NCBI GenBank assembly: GCA_023133515.1
Contig: JAGLWI010000005.1
Span: forward strand, 70,548-134,547
Length of the DNA stretch: 64,000 nucleotides
Source: Candidatus Babeliales bacterium
Lineage (GTDB): Bacteria; Babelota; Babeliae; Babelales; UASB340
Direction of reading: 5' to 3'
Part shown: piece by piece, positions 17,344 to 27,221 of the stretch
Numbering within the stretch: position 1 is the first letter of the stretch
Layout of the letters: the number at the start of each line of letters is the position of its first letter
The notes under the pieces: model-generated
Databases searched by the model: none
What the model saw: only the letters and a program-made list of their open reading frames with translations
Told to the model about the DNA's origin: nothing
Made by a program: the position numbers and the translations under genes

Positions 17344-19029
17344 GTGAAAGTGATAAATCATGTTTTTATCTTTATTTCATTAATTTTATTTTCAACAAAC
17401 ATCTCCTTTACACAAAATTCAACTACCAATTCTACAAAAACATTTGAAGTTTCGAAAGACGATCCCGCTATTATTAAAGCAATAAAACAAAATGACATTG
17501 AAAAACTTAAAGAACTTTTGAATAAAGGAGAAAACGTTAATTGTGTAGATGATGAAGATGGAACTTCTTTGCATTGGGCAATTTATCTGAACAATGAAAA
17601 TGCATTCATTGAAGTTTTAAAACACAATCCTAATATTAACAAAAAAGATAAATACGGTATGACACCATTGCATTGGGCAATAGAAAAAAACAATTTGAAA
17701 ATAACAACAGATCTTTTAATATTTGGAGTAGAAATTGATGAAAAAGATAACAATGGCCACACCCCATTGCATTTAGCCGCAAAACTTAACAGAATAGAAA
17801 TAATAACTAAACTTGTACAATTCGGAGCAAATAAAGAATCTAAAGATAATCATGGCGATTCTCCATTACATTTAGCTATAAAACATAACAAAATAGAAAG
17901 TATTAAAAAACTTGCAGAATTAGGGGCAAACGTTAACTGTGTAGAAGAAAATAACTATACCCCATTGCACCTTGCAGTTAATCTAAATAATGAAAACGCT
18001 ACAGTTGAAATATTAAAATATAAACCAGATATTAATAAACAAGATATTTATGGTCAAACACCGTTACATTTAGCATCAATCGTTAACAATATAAAAGCAA
18101 TAGAAAAACTTGTAACATTAGGAGCAGATATAAATACACAAAATATCTATAGCTGTACACCATTACATGGAGCGGTACAATTCAATAAAATTGAATCAAT
18201 AAAAACACTTATTAAATTTAATGCAAATATAGAAGAAAAAAATAACGAAGGTTGTACAGCATTGCATGTTGCAGTAAAACATAATCATATAGAAGTAATA
18301 TCACTTCTTACAAAATTAGGTGCAAACATTAATTCAAAAGATAACGACGGCTGGACTTCATTGCATTGGACAGTAAATCAAAATAATATCAAACTAACAG
18401 AAAAACTCATTGAATTGGGTACAGATAAAAATTCTAAAAATCTTACTGGTCTCACTGCATTGCATATTGCTATATATAATAACAATTTAGAAATGATAAA
18501 AATTCTTTTAAACCTAAATGTAGAAAAAGAGTCAAAAGATAATGATGGTTGTACACCATTACATTTATCAGCAAAACTTAACAGAAAAGAAGCAATTAAA
18601 CTGCTTATTAAATATGGAACAAATAAAAATGCAAAAGATAATTATGGGGATTCTCCATTACACTTGGCAGCAGAATTTAATAGAGTAGATGCAATAGCAA
18701 CTCTGGTTGAACTTGGTACAAATATAGAGATAAAAAATAATTCTGGTGAAACTCCACTACATATAGCGGTAATAGAAAACAACATAGAAGTAATATCAAC
18801 TCTAGTTGAACTTGGCGCGAATATAGAAGCAAAAGATAAATACGGCTATACATCATTACACTTGGCAGCAAATAAAAATTACTTAGAAATAATAAAAAAT
18901 CTTTTAACATTCGGAGCAAACAAAACAATTAAAAATAATAATGGAGAAACTGCTTTAGATCTATATATCAAAATATCATCCACTTTAGATGAAAAACCAA
19001 ATATCAAAATTGTTAAAATGCTTTCTTAA
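17344..19029 (+). CDS. ankyrin-repeat protein with signal-like N-terminus, module gene 3 (copy B)
   Basis: 561 aa, GTG start. About 15 consecutive ANK units (G.TPLH.A...N....V..L...GA..N). N-terminus MKVINHVFIFISLILFSTNISF. Confidence 0.9.
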   Translation: MKVINHVFIFISLILFSTNISFTQNSTTNSTKTFEVSKDDPAIIKAIKQNDIEKLKELLNKGENVNCVDDEDGTSLHWAIYLNNENAFIEVLKHNPNINKKDKYGMTPLHWAIEKNNLKITTDLLIFGVEIDEKDNNGHTPLHLAAKLNRIEIITKLVQFGANKESKDNHGDSPLHLAIKHNKIESIKKLAELGANVNCVEENNYTPLHLAVNLNNENATVEILKYKPDINKQDIYGQTPLHLASIVNNIKAIEKLVTLGADINTQNIYSCTPLHGAVQFNKIESIKTLIKFNANIEEKNNEGCTALHVAVKHNHIEVISLLTKLGANINSKDNDGWTSLHWTVNQNNIKLTEKLIELGTDKNSKNLTGLTALHIAIYNNNLEMIKILLNLNVEKESKDNDGCTPLHLSAKLNRKEAIKLLIKYGTNKNAKDNYGDSPLHLAAEFNRVDAIATLVELGTNIEIKNNSGETPLHIAVIENNIEVISTLVELGANIEAKDKYGYTSLHLAANKNYLEIIKNLLTFGANKTIKNNNGETALDLYIKISSTLDEKPNIKIVKMLS

Positions 19030-19036
19030 GATATCA

Positions 19037-19088
19037 TTTAGTCTCAACAAATATAAAAATCCCAACTTTTATATTTGTTGAGACTAAA
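19037..19088. terminator. bidirectional hairpin terminator
   Basis: Perfect 22-bp inverted repeat TTTAGTCTCAACAAATATAAAA / TTTTATATTTGTTGAGACTAAA between convergent genes. Confidence 0.7.
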
Positions 19089-19100
19089 AAAATTAATTTA

Positions 19101-20120
19101 TTAGAAAAAAAAATCATCCTTTATAATAAAATCTAAAAAGCAAGTACTTAAAGGACCAAATAAAGGATTACAATTAAAAATTGAATTTGCTATTTCATAC
19201 TCACTGCAAATAACTGGCTTATTTGACATGAGATTTAAATCTATAGATGATTCCAAATCAATTCCTTCAAGAAGCAAGGAAGCATACCAAGCATTCTTCT
19301 TTACCTCGGAAGATATCTTTTCATATCCAGAAACATAGCACCTATATGTTACAGAAGGAGACCTTTCAAAATATTTTTTGCGCAAAAATCTAATAGAAAC
19401 ATTCATAGTATGTCGTGGTTCAATGTAAACATCCACATTTGGGCCCATATTTTTAATTTTCGATCCCTTAAACATAGCACTTCTCTTTTCTATCGTACGC
19501 AAAAAACATGTATAATTAACATCAATGATCATTCCAAAAATATAAGACTCATCTTTTTTGTTTTTCAACCCAATTATCTTATTCATTCGCCCCTCTAAAG
19601 CATTAATTTTATCATTTTTAATGAGAGGCTCCCATGTATAGTCACTATGTTTATAATCATCAGGATAAAAAATCTTTGATGCACGTAATATAATAGATTC
19701 ATCAGGAGAAAGAAAGGAACACGACAGTATCACAGAAACAAACTGTTCAAGCTTTTCTTTTAGTTTTTTATACATAACAGTTTTAAAAAAATCATCTAAA
19801 AGAATTTTTCCCTCTCCACTACAGTCTTCTTGAATCCGAGCACGCAATATTTCATCTGTTGCTTCATACAAATATTTTCCAAACATCTCAACATCACTAT
19901 CTGATTCAATCGATTCGTAAGGAAACATTAAAAACAAATCCGATAACATTTTACATTCAGAATAATTCTCTTCTAGTGATGCTTTTGCAAATGCAGAAAT
20001 TTTTTCATCAGTTTGCCCAATACCATTCGAAATTTGATAAATATCTTTTATTTGTTGATCTTCTTTCGCATGTATTAATACAATACTAAAAAACATTATT
20101 GCTATTAATGGATACTTCAT
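19101..20120 (-). CDS. hypothetical secreted protein
   Basis: 339 aa with a signal-like N-terminus MKYPLIAIMFFSIVLIHA. No family recognised. Confidence 0.5.
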   Translation of the reverse strand: MKYPLIAIMFFSIVLIHAKEDQQIKDIYQISNGIGQTDEKISAFAKASLEENYSECKMLSDLFLMFPYESIESDSDVEMFGKYLYEATDEILRARIQEDCSGEGKILLDDFFKTVMYKKLKEKLEQFVSVILSCSFLSPDESIILRASKIFYPDDYKHSDYTWEPLIKNDKINALEGRMNKIIGLKNKKDESYIFGMIIDVNYTCFLRTIEKRSAMFKGSKIKNMGPNVDVYIEPRHTMNVSIRFLRKKYFERSPSVTYRCYVSGYEKISSEVKKNAWYASLLLEGIDLESSIDLNLMSNKPVICSEYEIANSIFNCNPLFGPLSTCFLDFIIKDDFFF

Positions 20121-20263
20121 TTATTCCCTTTCTCAATATTGCTATCCGTTAACAATTAAAATCAAACTTCCAACTCTATTAACGTCAATCATAATACCAA
20201 ATTTATATTTTTCATCTACCTATATCCTACAACTAGAAATTTCATTTTAAAAATATCTAGATC

Positions 20264-20304
20264 TTCAAAAAAAAAGTTGCGAAAATAGTCCAATAAAATA
20301 CACT
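20264..20304 (+). promoter_or_regulatory. conserved promoter-like motif (copy 2)
   Basis: TTCAAAAAAAAAGTTGCGAAAATAGTCCAATAAAATACACT reads as TTGCGA-N16-TACACT. It lies about 115 nt upstream of the + strand ORF at 20419. Confidence 0.4.
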
Positions 20305-20418
20305 AGTCAAAAAGATTAAGAAAATATTACAAAAACTTTAATAGTACCATTGATAGTGAAAGTTATTCACCATAGCCTTGGCAACAGCAAACCGTAGACC
20401 AACAATTAATAAAAAATT

Positions 20419-20841
20419 ATGTTTTATAAAATTTTTGAAACAATTAAAAATTATATTAATAAACAAAATAAACTTTTTTCTATTTTGTTAGCACTTAAAA
20501 ATGAATATAAATATAACTCTAAGCATAGAGGAAATGAACAAAGCCGATTCAAAATTACTTCTTTAACAAAAGCAATTGAAAATCCACTTTTCTATACACT
20601 ATACAAAAGTATCGCTGAAGAATGTTTAAAAATTAATGAACTAGCTAACGATGCAAATCAGGGTCAATTATTTCGTAGAAAAATGGTCCCTGCAGATGTA
20701 CAAGAAATGATGACTGAAGTTGCTGATAAAATAAATGAAATATTGCCAGAGCTAGAAAAAAGCACGACTCTTTTAGGCTATATTCATTTTTTAATTAAAA
20801 AACTATTTTCTTCCAAATATAAAAATAAATATAACAATTAA
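20419..20841 (+). CDS. hypothetical protein
   Basis: 140 aa ORF with no signal peptide and no recognisable motifs. Confidence 0.4.
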   Translation: MFYKIFETIKNYINKQNKLFSILLALKNEYKYNSKHRGNEQSRFKITSLTKAIENPLFYTLYKSIAEECLKINELANDANQGQLFRRKMVPADVQEMMTEVADKINEILPELEKSTTLLGYIHFLIKKLFSSKYKNKYNN

Positions 20842-20906
20842 AAATGCTTTGTTTTCTTTAATACAATCCAGAATAAGTAAAGAATATGAATATAACAATT
20901 TTTTAT

Positions 20907-21251
20907 TTAATTCGCATGAATTACTCGATTTTTAATCAACGAAAAAAGATATCTCATCGATGAACCAGCTCCTTCTTTTGCAAGTCTAAACCATTTATTT
21001 AGTGGATAAAAAATAAATCTTTTTTTAATACGTTTATCAAGTCGAGCTTTAAAGTCTTCAAACTCTTCTTCCTCATCACAATCTTCTGGAACATTTATAG
21101 CACCATGTTCTCTAAGATACTTTTTTTGGATGTTGGTTAAACCCCAAACCCCTTTAAAATTAGCACCAATTACTATCGTTTTGTTTTTTCCTTCTATTCC
21201 AATTTTACAGAAGAACATAACTGCATCAAGATATTTTTGAATTAGAAACAA
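20907..21251 (-). pseudogene. 5'-truncated pentapeptide-repeat module gene 2 (third copy)
   Basis: GANFKGVWGLTNIQKKYLREHGAINVPEDCDEEEEFEDFKA aligns with GANFYGAIGLTNVKKKYLREHGAINVPEDRPEEEKEMEIVFKA of 16640..17215. The signal peptide and repeat region are missing. The IS256-like element begins about 40 bp beyond its 5' end. Confidence 0.6.
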
Positions 21252-21292
21252 TATCTATAAAAAAAATTAATGATTGTTTTCTTTATTAATCC

Positions 21293-22640
21293 TGTAAATA
21301 AAACTGTGTAAACAAAAATAACTATGTTAAACTAATTATACTATTTTATGATTACCCCAATATAGTTATTTACACAGAAAGAACAAATATGAAAAAACAA
21401 CAAAGTTTTAATATATATAATGAATTAAAAAAATGCAAAACAATGGACGATCTCATAGGCAAAAACGGCTTGCTACAAAAGCTTATTGGGAAAATGGTTG
21501 AGAGACTACTTGAGCAAGAAATGGATGAACATCTTGGATATGACAAACATAATAAAAAAGGTTATTTGTCTGGGAACAGTAGAAACGGAAAAACAATCAA
21601 AAAGATTAATTGTTCTTATGGATCTTTGAATGTTTCAGTTCCAAGAGATAGAAATGGAACATTTGATCCCCAACTTATAAAAAAAAGACAAAGAAATATT
21701 AGTTCGTTTGATGAAAAAATTATTTCTTTGTCTGCAAAAGGAATGACAACTCGTAATATTCAAAAGCATGTTTTGGAATTATACGGAGCAAGAATTTCTC
21801 CGACCATGGTTTCTAATATTATACAGAAAGCTGTATTTGCGGCTCAAGAATGGCAATCTAGACCTTTAGACGAAGTTTATCCTATGATTTTTCTTGATGC
21901 AATTCACTACAAAGTTAAGGAAAATGGAAAGATCTTGTCTAAAGCTGCTTACACTTGTCTAGGAATAAATATGGATGGCAAAAAAGAGATTCTAGGTCTA
22001 TGGGTTGGTGGAAACGAAGTGGCAACTTTTTGGTTAAATATTTGTTCAGAATTAAAAAAACGTGGGGTAAAAGACATTTTTATTGCTTGTGTAGATGGAT
22101 TAAAAGGACTTTCACATACTATTAATAAAGTTTTTCCAACAACTCAAATTCAACTTTATATTATTCATTTAATTAAAAATTCTATTAAATATATTCCATA
22201 TAAACAATCTAAGGAATTTATTACTGATCTTAAAAAAATTTATAAAGCTTCTTCTTTGAGTGCTGCGGAAAATAATCTTTTAAATTTTCAGAAAAATTGG
22301 GAATCTTGTTATCCATTGGCTGTGAAATCTTGGATAAAGAGTTGGGAAAATATTAAAATTTTTTTTCAATTTCCAGAAGAAATTAGAAAATTAATTTATA
22401 CAACAAATGTTATAAAATCTTTTCACAAACAATCAGGAAAAGTTACTAAAAATAAAAGTATCTTTCCTTCTGATCAAATATTATTTAAAATGCTTTTTCT
22501 CGCAGTTAGGAATGTTTCCAAAACATGGACTTTGCCTGTTGCAGGATGGAAATATGCTCTATCTCGCTTTGCCATTTTATATGGAAAAAAACTTTAAGTT
22601 GATTGAGAATGCTAATAGTGTTTACACAGTTTACTTTACA
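21293..22640 (+). mobile_element. IS256-family insertion sequence
   Basis: About 1.35 kb. Imperfect terminal inverted repeats TGTAAATAAAACTGTGTAAAC (left) and GTTTACACAGTTTACTTTACA (right), with a 13-bp perfect core. Carries a single transposase ORF. No target-site duplication could be identified. Confidence 0.75.
21389..22597 (+). CDS. IS256/Mutator-family transposase
   Basis: 402 aa. MDEHLGYDKH...GNSRNGKT...VPRDRNGTFDPQLIKKRQR and FLDAIHYKV / ACVDGLKG blocks are typical of the family. The usual QRC.VH..RN block reads IQLYIIHLIKNS, so it may be degenerate. Confidence 0.85.
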   Translation: MKKQQSFNIYNELKKCKTMDDLIGKNGLLQKLIGKMVERLLEQEMDEHLGYDKHNKKGYLSGNSRNGKTIKKINCSYGSLNVSVPRDRNGTFDPQLIKKRQRNISSFDEKIISLSAKGMTTRNIQKHVLELYGARISPTMVSNIIQKAVFAAQEWQSRPLDEVYPMIFLDAIHYKVKENGKILSKAAYTCLGINMDGKKEILGLWVGGNEVATFWLNICSELKKRGVKDIFIACVDGLKGLSHTINKVFPTTQIQLYIIHLIKNSIKYIPYKQSKEFITDLKKIYKASSLSAAENNLLNFQKNWESCYPLAVKSWIKSWENIKIFFQFPEEIRKLIYTTNVIKSFHKQSGKVTKNKSIFPSDQILFKMLFLAVRNVSKTWTLPVAGWKYALSRFAILYGKKL

Positions 22641-22736
22641 ATGTTCATGTTTTATGTTAAAACCACAGTAAGCAAGTTTTTATCTAAATAAACAAATAAA
22701 AATTCGGGTATTTCTAATCATGGAGCAAATCATAAA

Positions 22737-23939
22737 ATGATAAAATTTAATAATAATAGAATTCTTTTAGTTATTGCATCAATATGCATAATTCTTTCTG
22801 GAATGTATTTTGTCTTCAAAAAGAATAAAATAGTTGAGCAGAAACTATTTAAAACTGAAAACCCAAAAAGAAAAGATTTGATTCAGTATGTAAAAGCGTC
22901 TGGCACACTACAAGCAAAAGATCAAATATCAATTGGTAGTTTAGTTGCAGGAAAAGTAGACAAAATTCTGGTAGATAACAATGATTTTGTAAAAAAAGGT
23001 CAAGTTCTTGCGATTCTTGATAATGGAATTGGAGATAATGCTGTAAAAAGAACAAAAGCCGAATTAAGACAAGCTGAAGAAAATTTAGATTACTACCAAA
23101 AATTTTATAAAAGACAAACCGAATTATTTAAAGCAAATCAAATATCTAAGGATCTTTTTGAGCAACAAACAAAAAATCTGGAAGTTTTAAAAGAACAAGT
23201 TAAACAAATAAAAGCAACTCTCAAAATAAATGTAGAAGGATATAATAATCTGTTTATAAAATCACCAGAAAATGGTGTTGTAATTGCAAAAGAAATAAAC
23301 TTAGGACAAATGATAACATCTCGTCTTGATGCAACAGTTCTTTTCATAATAGCAAAAGATCTAAAATGCATGGAAGCTCATGTTGATGTTGATGAAGCGG
23401 ACGTTGGACTTGTAAAAGAGAAGCAAGACGTTACATTTACCGTTGATTCTTTTCCCTTTTTGCACTTTGATGCAACGGTTAAACAAATAAGATATTTGGC
23501 TAAAATTGTAGATAATATTGTTACATATGCAACAATATTAGATGTTGCAAACCCAGATTTAAAATTAAGACCGGGAATGACAACAAATGTTGAAATAAAA
23601 GTTGCACAAGCAAAAAATTCAATTGTTGTATTAAATAAAACTTTACGCATAAACAGTAAAATACTCAAAAAAATTGCAAAAGAACTTAATTATGGTTTTG
23701 AAAGAATAAAAAACGAAACAATATCAAAAACAAAAATACATAATCTTTGGATTTTAGAAGGCCAAAAATTTAAACAATTAGAAGTTAAACTCGGGGCAAA
23801 AGAAGGAAAATACACACAAATACTTAATAAAAATATTAATGAAAATACAAAAATTGTAAGTGAAATTGCACAAATTGATAAAGAAAATCTATTTTTAAAG
23901 CAATTCTTTTCAAAACCCGGAACTATTGGAGAAAAATAA
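22737..23939 (+). CDS. HlyD/MacA-type periplasmic adaptor (membrane fusion protein)
   Basis: 400 aa. N-terminal TM, lipoyl-like and coiled-coil segments. First gene of a four-gene pump operon. Confidence 0.75.
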   Translation: MIKFNNNRILLVIASICIILSGMYFVFKKNKIVEQKLFKTENPKRKDLIQYVKASGTLQAKDQISIGSLVAGKVDKILVDNNDFVKKGQVLAILDNGIGDNAVKRTKAELRQAEENLDYYQKFYKRQTELFKANQISKDLFEQQTKNLEVLKEQVKQIKATLKINVEGYNNLFIKSPENGVVIAKEINLGQMITSRLDATVLFIIAKDLKCMEAHVDVDEADVGLVKEKQDVTFTVDSFPFLHFDATVKQIRYLAKIVDNIVTYATILDVANPDLKLRPGMTTNVEIKVAQAKNSIVVLNKTLRINSKILKKIAKELNYGFERIKNETISKTKIHNLWILEGQKFKQLEVKLGAKEGKYTQILNKNINENTKIVSEIAQIDKENLFLKQFFSKPGTIGEK

Positions 23940-23945
23940 AAAAGA

Positions 23946-24632
23946 ATGAAACTTATAAAAATCGATAATCTATCAAAAATATATAAAATGGGAGAAACTG
24001 AAGTTATTGCACTTAATAAAATAAGCTTAGAAATTGGAAAAGGTGAATTTATAGCAATAACTGGAACATCAGGATCTGGAAAATCAACGTTGATGCATCT
24101 TTTAGGTCTTTTAGATGTTCCAACATCAGGTGATATTTTATTAGAAGAAAAAAGCATCGTAAAGTTTACACAAAACGAACTAGCCAAAGTTAGAAATCAA
24201 AAAATAGGCTTTGTATTTCAAAAATTTCATCTTCTTCCAAGTCTTACAGCAACAGATAATGTTGCCTTACCAAAACTTTATGCTGGAGAACCTGAAGCGT
24301 TAGCTCGTAAACAAGCAAAAAAAAACTTAGAAGCAATTGGACTTGGGGACCGATTAGAACATTATCCCTACCAACTTTCTGGTGGGCAACAACAACGAGT
24401 TGCAATTGCAAGATCATTAATAAATAACCCACAAATAATTCTTGCGGATGAGCCAACAGGAAACTTGGATTCTAAAACAGGAGAAACTATTTTGAAACTT
24501 TTTAAGAAACTTAATAAAGAGAAAAATGTAACGATAATAATCGTTACACATGAGCCAGAAGTTGCAAATAAAACAAACCGAATAATTGAACTAGTAGATG
24601 GAAAAATTATTTCGGATAAAGCTATAAGTTAA
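23946..24632 (+). CDS. ABC transporter ATP-binding protein (MacB/LolD type)
   Basis: 228 aa. Walker A GTSGSGKST, signature LSGGQQQRVAIAR, Walker B ILADEPTGNLD. Confidence 0.9.
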   Translation: MKLIKIDNLSKIYKMGETEVIALNKISLEIGKGEFIAITGTSGSGKSTLMHLLGLLDVPTSGDILLEEKSIVKFTQNELAKVRNQKIGFVFQKFHLLPSLTATDNVALPKLYAGEPEALARKQAKKNLEAIGLGDRLEHYPYQLSGGQQQRVAIARSLINNPQIILADEPTGNLDSKTGETILKLFKKLNKEKNVTIIIVTHEPEVANKTNRIIELVDGKIISDKAIS

Positions 24633-24636
24633 TATT

Positions 24637-25863
24637 ATGAATACATATCAATTATTTTTAACGGCAATAAGATCTTTAAACAAATATAAAATGAGATCTT
24701 TTCTTACAACACTGGGAATTATTGTCGGAATTGTTGCTATAGTTTCTGTAATGTCCATAGGAGAAGGCGCAAAGTTTACAGTAAAAAAAGAAATATCAAA
24801 ATTAGGAACAAATTTTATAATTATTCTCGGAGGAAGCCCAAAAAGACTTGCCACAGTAAAAGGTGGCTTTGGAAACTTAACATTAAAAGGCAAAGACCTT
24901 GAAGCTATTATGGCGGAATGTGATGATATTAAGCTTGCATGTCCTGCAGCAATAAAATGTCTACAATGTGTATATGAAGGAAATAACTGGCTATGTATGG
25001 CTTCAGGAACAAATGAATCTTACCTTAAAATAAGAGATTGGAAACTTATAAGCGGACGTTTTTTCACAAAACAAGAAGTTAGAACATATAAAAAAGTCGT
25101 TGTAATAGGCAAAACAGTAAAAGAAGAATTATTTGGCACAACTGATCCGATAGGAAAAACAATAAGAATTAATAAAAATCCTTTTCAAGTTATTGGCTTT
25201 CTAGAAGAACATGGAAAACTTCCAGATGGAAGAGATGAAGATGATGTAATCATAATGCCTCTTACAACATTTCAAAAAAAAGTAGCAGGAATCAGAACAA
25301 ACCTTTTTAGTATTATAATTTTATCGGCAAAAAGAAAAGACCGTATGCCTTATATTGAAACCGAAATTAAAGCAATTTTAAGACAACAGCATAAATTAAA
25401 TCCAACAGATGATAATGATTTTACAATTTTCACTCAAGATGATATTTCTCAAGCATCTGATGCTGCATCTTCAATTTTAAATATACTTCTTATTATAATT
25501 GCTTCCATATCATTAATAGTTGGGGGAATAGGAATTATGAACATAATGATGGTAATAGTTTCAGAAAGGACAAAAGAAATTGGAATTCGAATGGCAATTG
25601 GAGCAACAAAAAAAACCATCTTAAAACAATTCATAATTGAATCAATTATTATATGCTTATTTGGAGGATTTATTGGAATAACTATTGGAATAATAATGTC
25701 AAAGATTGTTGGTTCCTTTCTTGCTTGGCCAATTTTTATATCAAATAGTTCAATTTTGATTTCACTTTCCTCATCTATTTTAATTGGACTATTTTTTGGA
25801 TTTTATCCCGCATATAAAGCATCCAATCTAAATCCTGTAGACGCATTAATTGACGAAAAATAA
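24637..25863 (+). CDS. ABC transporter permease (MacB periplasmic domain + FtsX type)
   Basis: 408 aa. One N-terminal TM, a large periplasmic loop, and three C-terminal TMs with ERTKEIGIRMAIGA, typical of FtsX/MacB permeases. Confidence 0.85.
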   Translation: MNTYQLFLTAIRSLNKYKMRSFLTTLGIIVGIVAIVSVMSIGEGAKFTVKKEISKLGTNFIIILGGSPKRLATVKGGFGNLTLKGKDLEAIMAECDDIKLACPAAIKCLQCVYEGNNWLCMASGTNESYLKIRDWKLISGRFFTKQEVRTYKKVVVIGKTVKEELFGTTDPIGKTIRINKNPFQVIGFLEEHGKLPDGRDEDDVIIMPLTTFQKKVAGIRTNLFSIIILSAKRKDRMPYIETEIKAILRQQHKLNPTDDNDFTIFTQDDISQASDAASSILNILLIIIASISLIVGGIGIMNIMMVIVSERTKEIGIRMAIGATKKTILKQFIIESIIICLFGGFIGITIGIIMSKIVGSFLAWPIFISNSSILISLSSSILIGLFFGFYPAYKASNLNPVDALIDEK

Positions 25864-25885
25864 AAATATCAACTAAGGAAAAAAT

Positions 25886-27166
25886 ATGATCAAAGTTTTA
25901 TTTATAAAAACTACCTTTATTGTTTATTGTATTTTAATTTCACAAAATCTAAATGCTATAAACAATATCAATCTAACGATGGAACAAGCTGTTAATATGG
26001 CATACAAACATAAACCCAGCCTTAAAGCGAAAAAATTTACTATTCAAGCAAGTAAACACAGTGAAAAATCAGCTTTATCTGGATATTTCCCTCAAATTAC
26101 AATAAATCAATCAAACAAATACGCAACCGGAATAAAAGGACTACAAAGTAGTTTCGGCATTCAAACAAATCAGCTAATCTACAGTTTTGCGGGACCATTA
26201 GAAAAATATAAAATTGCAAAAAAAGGAACTGCCATAACAAAACATGATGAAGAAACACACAAAGATTTAGTCAAATTTGAAGTTGAAACATCATTTTTGC
26301 AAAGTTGGCTTTTACAAAAAAAAAATGAATTCATAAAAACATTAAACATTGCCTCTAAGGAAAAATTTAATAAATCAAAACATCAAAATGATTTAAATCT
26401 TTTAGGAAAAAATGATTGGTTAAATGAAATTGCAATACATGCACAAAATCTATCAACCGTTCACATTTATACAGATGAACTTGATAATGCACAAAATAAA
26501 CTTGAATTTCTTATAGGAAAATCATTTGATAAAGATATAAAAAAAATAACTTTAGTTTGGGATAAAAAAAAAGAAATAACATTAAAAAATTTAAACTATT
26601 ATTATAATCTCTCTCTAAAAAACAGAAAAGAATTAAAGGGAAAACAAAAAGAAATAGAACAACAAGAAGAATACAAAAAATTTCATATAAAAAACTATTT
26701 ACCATCAGTCAGTATTAGTGGACAATCTTCTAGAAGAGGTGAATTTTTAAGTAATACAAAAGGCAATGCTTGCAACTCTATATCATTACAGTTTAATTGG
26801 AACATTCTTGACGGTGGGGCAAGCTATCACGAATCAAATAAAGCAAATGCAAATCGGTTAAAAGCTTTAATGGAAAAAAATCATTATTCTCAACAAATAA
26901 AATATGAAGTAGAAAAAGCTTATAACGACTTATCTTCATGTTTAAAGCAACTTGCTGCAAAAGATATAAAACTAACTCAAGCTAAAAATGAGTTTGATCT
27001 GGCTAAACTCAAATTTAAAATAGGGGATATTTCGAAAACAGATTTTGATCAAACAAAAAACAACTGGGAAACTGAAGACTTTGATTGGACAACTTTAAAA
27101 GTTGCTGCTTCAATAAAAGAACGCCAATTGATTTATGCTTGTGGATATCCAAAAATTTTAATTTGA
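25886..27166 (+). CDS. TolC-like outer membrane efflux protein
   Basis: 426 aa with a signal peptide and two-fold repeated alpha/beta architecture. Last gene of the pump operon. Confidence 0.7.
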   Translation: MIKVLFIKTTFIVYCILISQNLNAINNINLTMEQAVNMAYKHKPSLKAKKFTIQASKHSEKSALSGYFPQITINQSNKYATGIKGLQSSFGIQTNQLIYSFAGPLEKYKIAKKGTAITKHDEETHKDLVKFEVETSFLQSWLLQKKNEFIKTLNIASKEKFNKSKHQNDLNLLGKNDWLNEIAIHAQNLSTVHIYTDELDNAQNKLEFLIGKSFDKDIKKITLVWDKKKEITLKNLNYYYNLSLKNRKELKGKQKEIEQQEEYKKFHIKNYLPSVSISGQSSRRGEFLSNTKGNACNSISLQFNWNILDGGASYHESNKANANRLKALMEKNHYSQQIKYEVEKAYNDLSSCLKQLAAKDIKLTQAKNEFDLAKLKFKIGDISKTDFDQTKNNWETEDFDWTTLKVAASIKERQLIYACGYPKILI

Positions 27167-27221
27167 CAGAGTAAAAACTAACGGCAGATAACAAAATAAA
27201 TAAAATTTCTAGAAATTTTAT

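Noticed and set aside
21285-22650. Target-site duplication flanking the IS256-like element
   Set aside because: The 8-9 bp immediately outside the inferred inverted repeats (…TTATTAATCC | ATGTTCATG…) do not match, so no direct repeat is claimed. The exact IS ends are uncertain by a few bases.
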